A stretch of 64,000 bases of DNA, taken from NCBI RefSeq assembly GCF_964355755.1, contig NC_092673.1, positions 248,001 to 312,000 on the forward strand. The letters are read 5' to 3'. The notes under the pieces are model-generated. The model saw only the letters and a list, made by a program, of their open reading frames with translations, made no database searches and was not told the DNA's origin. Made by a program: the position numbers and the translations under genes. The stretch is from Antedon mediterranea (Eukaryota; Animalia; Echinodermata). Each line of letters starts with the position of its first letter. Position 1 is the stretch's first letter. Positions 31,949 to 42,880 of the stretch are shown in pieces.

Positions 31949-32480
31949 TGTACAACAACAACTCTTTTTTTTTGTCATCTGTACAATGATTTCTTAGACT
32001 AAGCTTCTTTATTTGCTATGGATATATTATGTAATCATGGTATTCCAAAATAAAAAGATGAATGAATTATAATTTTCTTACACATGGTGTATGGTTGTAG
32101 CCATAAAAATGATCGGTATTATTTGTCAACATGCTAAATGCGCTATAAAAAATGGTGGATATTAACCATAGGAACTAATTAACAAATTTTGTTTGATGAC
32201 AAAATTGTTTGTTTACAGTGATACACAATGTGAATCAGATGACATGATGCCTGTATCGATCCAACCACAGCCTCGGCGTTTTTTAGGAATTGGAGCTTAT
32301 TTTAAGCCACTTCCAGAAACGTTGTTGGTCCCAAAAGACAATATTAAAACATCCCATCTCACAGAAGAGATAAACAAGCGAGGAATAACTGCTGCAAGGA
32401 AAAGCAGTGATGTTACAGACTGTAAAAAAAAAGTACCAACACAAGCAGAAATGAATATGTGGGCCCCCTCAGGATTGTGA
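29280..32480 (+). CDS. KIAA1191: KIAA1191 / putative monooxygenase p33MONOX-like, ~303 aa, 4 coding exons
   Basis: Exons 29280-29775, 30443-30490, 31648-31753, 32219-32480 (912 nt). Motifs SPPPS, PRKY, GYSHHEAL..KLTL and C-terminal EMNMWAPSGL resemble vertebrate p33MONOX as recalled (TPPPS, ERKY, GYTPHKGL..KLKL, DLNVLTPTGF). Head-to-head with ARL10. Confidence 0.7.
29906..30068. repeat. 36-bp minisatellite x4 (intronic)
   Basis: AAATGTGAGTACATTATCATTACTGTAGGCTTACAT repeats; explains ORFs 29872-30205. Confidence 0.9.
31200..31500 (+). mobile_element. 3' fragment of a CR1/L2-group LINE
   Basis: IWNRLPENIKCETKIGKFKKEIQQLL is the typical ORF2 C-terminal W-N-x-L-P..F-K motif, followed by a T-rich 3' UTR. 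Confidence 0.65.
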
Positions 32481-35477
32481 TTCGGCTAGTTTCAATCATT
32501 AAACCATTACTACGTCATCACAAGGAGCAGGCTGATGACCCCAGCCTAATGACCCCAGGCATTTCCCCGCCAACATTAGTCCTCTGGGCCGCAAAGAAAA
32601 TGATGATTTGACTCATAAACCAAACAAATTTGGTGCTCGCTTCAGTTTGTTTCATTGTCATGAATATTTCAAAGATCCAATTTAAATCCCTACACTTCGT
32701 AGACCAAGTGTAGTAGTTTGATTAAAACTGCTCTTTCCAAACAGTGTGTGGTGATTTTTTTTTAAATGAATTTACTTCACATTGGACTACTGTATCTCTA
32801 TATATTAGGCCTATATATAATTACTCACACACTGAGAATTTTAGCAAACTGTATTGACAATTTGTGGACAGAATCTTAATGTAATATTTTAATTGTTCAA
32901 GTTTATTTTAAACAAATTATAAATTAGCCCTCATGTCGTGTATACACGTTTCATCCGTCGCTGTGCTATAGTTTATTTGTGTAGGCCTGAGCCTGTATCA
33001 ACCTCGCTGATATTAGTGTTACTAGACCCGTGCAATAGTACATTGCTATGATTAAGTACTTTGTATTGGTTAAGCTAGGATGAATGCATTCAATATGGCC
33101 GTGATCCGTTTGACGGCCCAAGTAGAACGGATTCGGAAAGGGTCTATTGTCAGACTGTGCTGGTGCAATTCATTGCGTGGTTTTAAATCGTGTTTGTGAA
33201 CAGCGAATTTTAGAAATATATTTATATTATTAAGTAAAAAGCAGCATAAATAAAAAATAAAATACTGTATACATATTATTAATAACCGAGTCTAAAAAGT
33301 CTTTAAAAGTTTTATGATTTAAAATGTTCGCGTTGTATTTTAAAATGTATAACGCTAATGTAATGTAATTAGCTTTCATATATAAACTCGATATCGGTTG
33401 CATGTAATTATATTTTGTTGTACTTTAACAATATGATTATATGATAATCTGCTATACGCGTTTTATGCTTTCCTAAAAACTGTTGTCGTTGTTCCGTGGT
33501 TGTCGCAAATTGTACTGCACAACAACAACAAATATATATTTTATGAGTTGTATGTTGTATATGTTCTGATCAATTATTAAAGTTAATAATACAATGATAT
33601 ATAAAATGTGTGAAATTTGCCAATTTCTATTTATGTTGAGAGTTCCTTTGATTAAGCTGAACTTGTGTTATAACGTGGTGATACACCGTGTTCGGAAGGT
33701 GATTTAATCAGTTTGCACAGCCTACATTATGCACGTATTACGTAAAGAAGTGTGCAAGTTTTATTTAAAATTTCCCAAACCATTGAAATCAAACGTCGCC
33801 GTTTATGATTTGTTTTGTTTTACCAGACACACGCATGGCGCAATATGTACACGTCACTTTGACGTCAGAATACACACATTCATACATGACGTAAACCAGC
33901 GTTTGAATTTGTATTTAATAACTCAATTATTAACAACTACTTAGGCTCTATTTACATTGATGTTCAAAAGAATTGTTATTTTTCTCCGAACGACATTGAA
34001 CATTTAAAATGTGTACAGTTCACCTAATCTAACGTCTTAACATTTTAATTTCATCATAAATGAAATAAAAACAACAATATAGCCTAAGTGGGGTAAAAAG
34101 AATGGGATTTGATTAGTGTGGTTACGTCACGAAACGTTGTCACCAAGAAACACAAAACTGCCTCCACGCGTTTGGTGTTTGCTCGGTCGTGTGGTGTCAA
34201 GTATACGCACATATTTAGCTTGCGACAACAATGTTATTTTATCTCATACGAACGTAACAGTTTTGTCAATAATTTACGCAAATACTACTCAATGTGTACG
34301 AATGTAAAGACTGCGTCCATGTCTGAAATGTTATACCGGACCTGGAACCAACCTCATCTACCGCAGACAATAACGAGGTGACGTAACGGTGGTGATTATC
34401 TCATTAATATTTGGAATTAACCAAAATGTCAATAAACCAATGTGTGCTTCGCGTAAAAGGGTCGACCAATGGAGAAATATATTTCTCCATGGTCGACCTA
34501 AATGGAAATTGAAGCGTATGGAACAATATTTATAGAAATGTTCTACCTCGCGTGAAGGCTCTTTCTAAAATTATAGGCTCTCCCTCCTCCTAATTATTAC
34601 TGTAGTTTTCGTTACCATAATTCTGAGAGCACAACAATTGGCCTTGCATTGAAGTGTGGATTTAGGTCTATGACCACAACAACAACCCAGATGTGTGTTT
34701 GTACGCTAGACGATAAAGGAATGATTAATATGCCGCCCCCACATCTACACAAATTAAGTTTATATAATACTAAACACGATTTCCGTAAACCACTTCAAAT
34801 GTGATAATCACTGAAACCATATTGTATGGGTTCACACCTGGTATACGAGCAAAGAATTTTAATTAAATTATCTTAATTACTTTGTTAATATTTGTTGTGA
34901 AACATGATGGACTGTTCTATTTTTATAGTAACACGTCCAGCAGCAGGTATCCGTTTCACACTGTTGCTTGTTTTGTATTGATGTTTAAATACAGCTTACA
35001 CACATTCGTAATTAATCAGTTTTTGCTAACTCACTCTGTGATGACGTTAATGACAATAGTATCTTTTATACCAACCAAAGTAATAAAAACACAAATTTAA
35101 ACTATATTATAATAGAAAGCGACTTGTGTTACAGTGAAGTTCCTGTTATGTGTTTTAACAATAACTTGCAAACTTCATTTATGATATTTGATAGTCAAAC
35201 AGGCCGTATTTTTTTCGAAGTTCCGCCGGAAATAATCTAATATAAATATAAAGAAGTTTTTTTAATAACGTGAATTAAAAAAATATAGCATTGTAGTATT
35301 ATGATTTTAAAACAAACATATTTCTTTCACTAATACTAATACTCACAGCCCACCTTTTTTTGCAAACGGCACAAACTTGTTTCACACTTTGACGTACCGT
35401 AATGACGTAACCACACCGTAATCTATCAGATCACGACGTGATGTACCATCCAAACTATCGCAAATTGCTCAACTTAA

Positions 35478-36085
35478 TTGTCGTTGCGTTGCGTCTCATA
35501 CGTCGTTGCGCCTCATACGTCTTTGCGCCTCATACGTCTTTGCGCCTCATACGTAGGTGCGCCTCATACGTAGTTGCGTTGCGCCACATACATCGTTGCG
35601 TTGCGCCCAATACGTCGTTGGGTTGCGCCTCATACGTCGTTGCGTTGCGCCCAGTGGTTGCGCCTCATACGTCGTTGCGTTGCGCCGCGCCTTATGTGTG
35701 AGGGCGTGTGGCGCATTGTGTTGGACGTTGGACTACCGATCGTCAGACCTAGGTTCGAATCCAACTCTCGCCGCATTGCTTGTATCCGTAGGCAAGGTAC
35801 TTTACTTACGTTGCCTCTCTCCACCCCCAGGTGTATAAATGGGTACCCAGTTAGATCTAGACACAACTGCGCTGGTTACCGGCTGCATTATGGGAGTATG
35901 TTTCCATACGTGTTTGATCCCAAAAAATACTGGGGTAATAATGCTTGTAAAGCGCCTTTGAGCATGATTACTCATGAAAAGGGCGCTATATAAATCTGGT
36001 ATTATTATTATTATGCGCCGTTGCTTTGCGCCTGATACGTCGTTGCGTCGCACCTTATACGTCGTTGCGTTGCATCTCATACGTC
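35478..36085. repeat. Degenerate 17-22-bp minisatellite (CGTCGTTGCGTTGCGCCTCATA) interrupted by a SINE
   Basis: Units at 35478-35695 and 36014-36085. Confidence 0.85.
35699..36013 (+). mobile_element. Full-length tRNA-derived SINE (CORE-like centre, L2-like tail)
   Basis: A box TGGCGCATTGTG, B box GGTTCGAATCC, central GGCAAGGTACTTTAC..CCAGGTGTATAAATGGGTACC, tail TGTAAAGCGCCTTTGAG..GAAAAGGGCGCTATATAAAT followed by (ATT)n. Confidence 0.85.
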
Positions 36086-36490
36086 TTTTCATAATAAAAG
36101 TTTTAATTTTATTTAACTATTTACCAAAGATACAAGTAGGTGGGTTTACATTGCCAAATAAATATTTAGCTTTTTTTTGTCGGTCCGTGGTGTTATTTTT
36201 TATCGTGGTCCCATACCCGTTTATGTTCATTATTTATAATTGAATTGCACGCTGAAAATGTTAACGTCAATGGCGGAATTTGTCGAGTATATGTAATTGT
36301 TTTAGTAATGCGAATCTGAAGTGTAAATAGTTTATCACGTATGTTTACCACAGTAGTAAATATTTGTTGATCAATTTGTAACCGTATTATTTTGGAACGA
36401 TTTTTTCACTCCAGATTCACTCACTCCGGTGGTTTACAAATACACACATTATTTTATTTATTTATTTAGGCGCATTGCTAAATTGTAATT

Positions 36491-36734
36491 GTATGTACAC
36501 TGTCCCGATTTGATGGCAATCCATTCAATGACAAATTGTTAATAATAATAATAATAATATTGCTAAATTTTAATCGTATGTACACTGTCCCGAATTGATG
36601 ACAATCCATTCAATGACAAATTGTTAATAATAATAATAATAATATTGCTAAATTTTAATCGTATGTACACTGTCCCGAATAGATGACAATCCATTCAATG
36701 ACAAATTGTTAATAATAATAATAATAATAACACC

Positions 36735-36773
<39 letters not shown>

Positions 36774-36775
36774 TA
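36491..36775. repeat. 85-bp tandem repeat (~3 copies) ending in an (AAT)n microsatellite
   Basis: GTATGTACACTGTCCCGA at 36491, 36576 and 36661. Confidence 0.9.
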
Positions 36776-37000
36776 TTTATACAGGATAAAACAATCAGAT
36801 AACAGTGTATCTGTTTTACATTGTGGTCCTGTCTTAATCAAAATATACAAAAGAGAAACTTAATTAAATATAATACAGTTTTTATGAACAGAAATGAGAT
36901 TTGTATCTAGCCTTAAAGGACGTAATTGTTGGTGCCGATTTAATATTAATTGGTAAACTGTTCCATATTTTTGCGCCTGCAACTTTAAAGGACGAATTCA
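36760..37000 (-). mobile_element. 3' end of a CR1/L2-group LINE
   Basis: Minus strand encodes SFKVAGAKIWNSLPINIKSAPTITSFKARYK, then a 3' UTR running into an (ATT)n tail. Confidence 0.75.
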
Positions 37001-37559
37001 TTTTACTAAGGGGGTGTATTTAGGTAGGCCTGCCAATAGTTGTATTTGATTGTATTTCAAATAGTATAGCTTAATTCATTCACTTTTAACAAAGAATTAA
37101 TTTATTGTTACTGTAAATCCATGCCTCCGTTATGTACACAAAATGGTTTCTTCTGATTGAATACAAGATTGCTATATATAATGTGTCTTCTATAGTATTC
37201 CGTATACGTGGGAGTTGTTGGAAATATTTGTATCCATCTATACAATATGTAGTGCAAACTAGGCCTATTAATAGGCCTAAATATACGGTAGAAAGTTATG
37301 AAGCCCCAGAATATCCGGTAGGTATAGAAAAGCCGTATAATATTATAAGTAATGCTTTGCTGCTAATTGTGTTGTGAGACTGCGCAAAAAAAAGCCATGA
37401 CAATACTCCCAAGATATAATTACTGTAACATTGGTTTATATCCAGTATTTTACAGTATGCCATGATTAAATGGAAGGGGCGAATCATTCTTAGCCAATCA
37501 CATTTTGAGAAATGGATGATAATTAAAAACAGACATTTGTAAAACTATTACAGCAATCT

Positions 37560-37870
37560 TCTCCACCCTCCACTCCACACATAGTACATCCCTACCCCTC
37601 CCCCTCCCTTCTTTGCAAACATACCGATAGTTCCACGTATACATACAGATAGTACATCGACTTTCCTCCACTCGTATTATATCATCCTTCCTTTCAATAC
37701 ATACCACCATAGAAGCACATCACACTTCCCTTCCTCATATACATATTACATCTCCCCCCCCCCCCCCACCCTCTCCTTCACCTTCCACAACTCTCCCATA
37801 CACCTTCCACAACTCTCCCATACACCTTCCACAACTCTCCCATATACACCTTCCACAACTCTTCTCTTCC
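37560..37870. repeat. C-rich low-complexity tract with a ~22-bp minisatellite (CACCTTCCACAACTCTCCCATA) x3-4
   Basis: Directly visible at 37780-37860; poly-C run at ~37754. Confidence 0.8.
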
Positions 37871-39059
37871 ACGCATAGTATAGTACTTCCTCTGTAATCG
37901 ATTCATTCCTATTTAAAAAGAATGATTGATCTGTCCGATTTCACCATTCTTATGTGCTTAGTTGCAAAGATTTTGAGCTTAAACTTAAATGAATAATTCA
38001 GGCCTGTTATCCGGCTGCTATTTCCAAAATGTTGTCACAGTCATGGTGCACATACATACGATTTAAACCAGTTTGTCACACAACTGTGTTCGATAAAACT
38101 CCAAAAGTAATTACATATTTCATAAATTTCCTATATACTATAATTCGGGTAATTCTTAACTTAAGTGGTCGTTGCTATAGACAATCGTGTGTTTATGACG
38201 ACAGTAGAATTACCTATATCATAATGATCAATGATTATTCCTTTAATTAAAATAAAAACAAAGACATCATCAAAAAACAAGGACATTATATTAATAACAA
38301 CAATAATGATACTGTGATTTTGCCTTATATAATCGTAATCATAATAAATGACATAGCCCTACGGGTTCATTTCCTTCCGGATTATTACAAATGAAGTCCC
38401 AAATACTGTAACTAAAATGTATATGACGTTTATAACATGTACTATAGTATGATTTAAGCCGTGTCCCTTTTTCCAAAAATTAAACAAATTGTTTTATCTA
38501 TTTAATATTTAAATAAATAATACCCACAAAACGAAATTATAAATCTAAATGCATAATTATTATGAAATATGGTTTATGGTGTCATTAATGTGTGGTTGTT
38601 GTCGGGGTGGAGTAAATAAGTAAAGAGTGACAACAAAGAGTTGATTCTTGTCGCGTGCACTTTCTCACGTACTCTTCTCAGGCTCTTTCTTTCATCCTGT
38701 TGTAACACACTTTTAAACTATAACACCATAGACTATGTATGAACCTGTATATAATAAATACTTGTATTATTTGAAGCTCATATTATATTAAAAACTGTAT
38801 AGACGTAACAAGAGTCACCGGGGACGCCCTGTACTACAGTGTAGTGCATTGTGATGTCACATGGACGGCGTCAAACAACATCGCCTTATTATCGATTTTT
38901 ACAATAGCTGGCCCGGAAATCTGGATTTGGGATAAAAATAACCTTTAGCTTACTTTAATTTTTCTTACTAAATTGTTATTTGTTATTTTATTCAATCGAA
39001 ACAAACAGCGATAATTACCGCCACTAACAGGTTTGAAACAAATGAAAATGTTGTTGATA

Positions 39060-39700
39060 GTGTAACACTCTTGCCCCTGTATCACTATTTCTCCCTACTC
39101 CAGTTTTTAACATTCCATAGTGGTTTCTTCCTGTCCCTAGTTACTCATATTCGCTTTCCTATACCTAGATCCTTAATCTATTACTAGCATTGATGATGTT
39201 TTAGCAGATTCATTATTTACGGTGGGATTGTTTTGATTCCACCATTAAAGTTACGTACAACGAACCCACCCAAACACTTACAATAGTAAGATGCTATATT
39301 TGACAATTTAAAAACAAATAATTGCTTTGTAGATAACATTTGTCGTCCTTTTTGTAAATATTTATCAGCTTTAGTATCTGTTTTTGTTAGCGATCCGTGA
39401 TCGTGTTGATATGGTGAGGAAGAATGAGTTTGAATTATTTTGAAGATATAAGTTATAACGAGGTTGAAGATGAATTTGGTGGTATATGCTGGTGTCTAGT
39501 GTGTGGTTGCGGTGTTAATAATGATAATTAATTTTAGTCTAGGTTGTGATATTAGTGAAAGTTGTATCTCTTAAGGATTTCTTGTTAATGGTCTATTTTG
39601 ATAGCATTGTGATGTTGTGTGGTGGAGGAGCGGTGTGCACGTATTCCTACTATGTATTGGAAATGATGCTTTTATGATGGTTTAGTGTATGTTTTTATGA
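39060..39700 (-). mobile_element. Highly decayed LINE ORF2 (endonuclease region) remnant
   Basis: Only scattered minus-strand peptides such as HIPPNSS and YRKANM; no intact ORF. Confidence 0.35.
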
Positions 39701-40599
39701 TGCTAGTATGCGTGGTGACAAAAAGTTCTACTACGTATGAAGGGCCTCGCAATATGCTAGTAACGGCTACGCATTCTCATTTGAAAGGCGGTATTATAGT
39801 TAGCATGAACTCATTTACGTCCTCTGGTTCCTTATTTTATAAATTCAATACAATCATAATTGCAACAACCTAGTAGGCATACATGTTTTTGGTCCTGAAG
39901 CAGATCTAGGCCCATTTTTTCAATGTTTGACCCCATTCCACCAGTTGTCTACACCCACTATACAAACAACGTTGGCCCACGCATTAAAATACCTTATAGT
40001 ATTAAAATAAATAATTACAATTACAATCTTAAAGATAGGTTAAATCACATGATATATACATTGAAATGAATTTTCTAAATAAGGAATACTATACTATTAA
40101 ATCAATATTTCCAATTTTAGATCAGATTCAGAATTAGTATTTTCCAGGTACACTAAATTAGGGTATTGTCAGAGGTGCTACAGTATATGGTAATGGGCGG
40201 TTCTTGACAGGTTGCTAAATAACCTTATATAGGCCTGGCTAAAATGAATAGAATAGCAATAATTACAAAATAAATACATGGCTATATAAATTAATGTGTA
40301 AGGCAAATGTGAATTTAATTCTTCCTCTTGCTGCTCTTCTGTGACATTATTATTGCCGGCGGGAATATGTGTCGTTTTGGAGGGTGGGATGGGGGTGGAA
40401 TTTCGGATCATACACCAGCTTGAAGGATGGTATTCAGTGTTCAAACAGAGATTTGCGATCAGACCAGTAAAGAATATCGGTCTAAGTGCAGTGCAAGTCG
40501 AGTGCAAACGGCAAGTGGTTTCGGCGGCGGCAAGTTCCGTATACAACAGGTCGTCTTACCCACACGGATAAGTGAGCAACTGTACAGTAGTACTCTAGC

Positions 40600-40780
40600 T
40601 ACGATTGGCAACTTAAGAATGGGCTTCCGTTATACACGCTACGTCATTGGTTGAACGCGGTGAATATAAAAGGCTATTTTTACCGATGAATACTTCAAGT
40701 CTCATTTGACAGTGAGAGGTGAGCGGTTGAAGGCATATTTTGTTTTTATATTATATTGTATCTCAAGTTTTCTTAATAAG
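40600..40780 (+). promoter_or_regulatory. TATA-type promoter and non-coding exon 1 of the cystine-knot gene
   Basis: Inverted CCAAT (ATTGG) at ~40604 and ~40646, TACGTCA CRE-like site at ~40640, TATAAAAG at ~40665, donor AAG|GTGAGT at 40780/40781. Confidence 0.6.
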
Positions 40781-42880
40781 GTGAGTTTTAGTTTTTTTTC
40801 TTTCATTTTTTAACCACAAATAATTTGTGAATACATAGGCCTACTATAATGTTTGTTCATATCCTCCACACGTATTTTCTTATCAGATTTTTCAATATGT
40901 TGATCAGATAGGATAAAGTTAGTTCTTAGTTAAAACATGGGATGATGTTAAAGTCCCAAATTAAAACACACAACTTGAACAACAGTTCCTTCCAGGCTAG
41001 GATTTTATAAAGTAGAGGCCTAGACTTATCAATAAAGATGACTTTGTCAAAGTGATCATCATGATAAACTCACAGAAAGATAGAGAAGGGTGGTTAATTT
41101 CTCAATAATTATTATAATAATTATTAATTGAGTGAAGCAATTTACACCGGTGTTATATCGAATTCAGTATTTTTTAAGTCCTATAACTGATTACGATAGG
41201 GTTAGATGAAAATCGTACATTGTTGCTCAGTTGATACCGGTATTATTTTAGCATAGGCATGTAGCACCCCTCCCTCTTCTCTCCCTATTTAACATTTCTG
41301 GATTTGCCAAAGAGATCGGGTTATCTACTTAACCAAACCTGTTAACCCATGGGCTTGTATATCCCATGTACCTTCCTGTTTTTAAGAGTTCTTAAAAGAA
41401 ATCTCTCCGGTAGAAGTTACTGATAAAATTGTTTACGATACTATCCGACTCCCACGATCCATGGCAGACGTGTAGAAAGTCAAACGTTTACAAAATATTG
41501 TCGAAATATGTGTTTCTCTTCCCCGATGTAAATTAATATAGAATGATGCAAGGTGTTGATCAAATCTTTTACACATTGCCGAATGTACGTACACAAACTT
41601 GCATTCGTTATGGTAATCGACATTGGTGAATAATCTAATTACCAATTCGTAATGACCAACACCTTACCGCATATATACCGATACTATCGCCTAAAATAAC
41701 ATTTAATGCGAATTAGTTAAATGTGCCATAATCACATCAGGCTTGAATATTATGAAATAGGCCTATACAGTTGTTTTCATTTCTATGTCCGTTCATTGAA
41801 ATATTATATTTTGTTTCTTCCATTTTTTATTCGTTTTATGGCTTAATTAATTATATTAATTTGTTTCTGTCAAAAAAGTAGGAATAGGATATTATGTAAC
41901 GGAAATCTGTACTAGCTCTAGTCACAACAATGACATCGCATCCAGGATACCAGGCCTATCGCAATTAAATACTCTCACGAAAAAACTCCACAGGCATAGA
42001 TATTATAGTTACATACATTAAATCCATTTATTTATTTTTTTACAAACTTAACCGCAAGAAGACGTAAATAAAATCGTTGCGTAACTGTTGTTGTTCCGAG
42101 ACTAGCTACTAATTGAGACACTCTCCGGTCGGTAAGACCGTGGAGGTAGAACCTTCCGCCTTCCTTCACTTAATTGTGCCAGGTTCAAGTCCCAGTGGAT
42201 CCTTTAAATTGCTTTCTTTCGTGCTACTATATTATTGCCATAATGATACTCTGGTACAAGTTTGCTAGGTGGTCTGGGATAAATAGGATTTGTTTACATG
42301 GGTAAAAATATCCTTCCCAACGGATTCATGTTTTGACCGCGAAGTTACGACAACGTATTATGCGATGTTGTTAAACACGGAACTCACATAACCACAGTAA
42401 AAGTAATAATTTCTAATCGATTTACTAATTAATTTGGTTAATTGTTTGATTATGAATGACGCGGATGGATCATGACGTCGGTGATTTTGATTGTAAATAA
42501 ACAACCTCAGTTCGTTTATACCAGCCGGTCTTTGTAAAAGTTTCCTATCCTGGTGTCCCCCCCCCCCCCCCACCCACATAATCCATAAAACTCTGATAAC
42601 ATATTGTTGCATTAGGTTTTTAACGAATTCTGTACACAGGGATTTTAAACCAATTTCAGGTTATTGTTAAACAATGTGTTAACATCTATCTAATTTACAT
42701 AGTAATTAGGATATAAATATTTATAATATTATTTCAATGTGGTTCATAAATGAATGCAAAACAATGTGTCGCTTGTAAATCAATTGATAGTCTAACTTGT
42801 TTGTTTTATCACGTATTCTTGTTAATTTTATAGTTTTTCAGATGTTATCACGTATTCTTGTTAATTTGATTGTTTTTCAG

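Noticed and set aside
32520-32620. Possible C/D snoRNA or SECIS in the KIAA1191 3' UTR (TGATGA, ATGA motifs)
   Set aside because: No convincing D box or terminal stem, no SECIS core pairing, and no in-frame UGA in the gene model.
35438-36243. Cluster of overlapping Arg/Cys-rich ORFs; tRNA-like sequence at 35700-35775
   Set aside because: These derive from the minisatellite and the SINE. The tRNA-like head lacks a proper acceptor stem and continues into SINE body and tail.
40178-40654. GC-richer ORFs upstream of the cystine-knot gene
   Set aside because: No recognisable domain or splice support; better explained as promoter-proximal regulatory DNA.
42130-42205. tRNA-like B box (GGTTCAAGTCCC); similar remnants at ~49410 and ~52865
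   Set aside because: No complete cloverleaf; at most decayed SINE heads.
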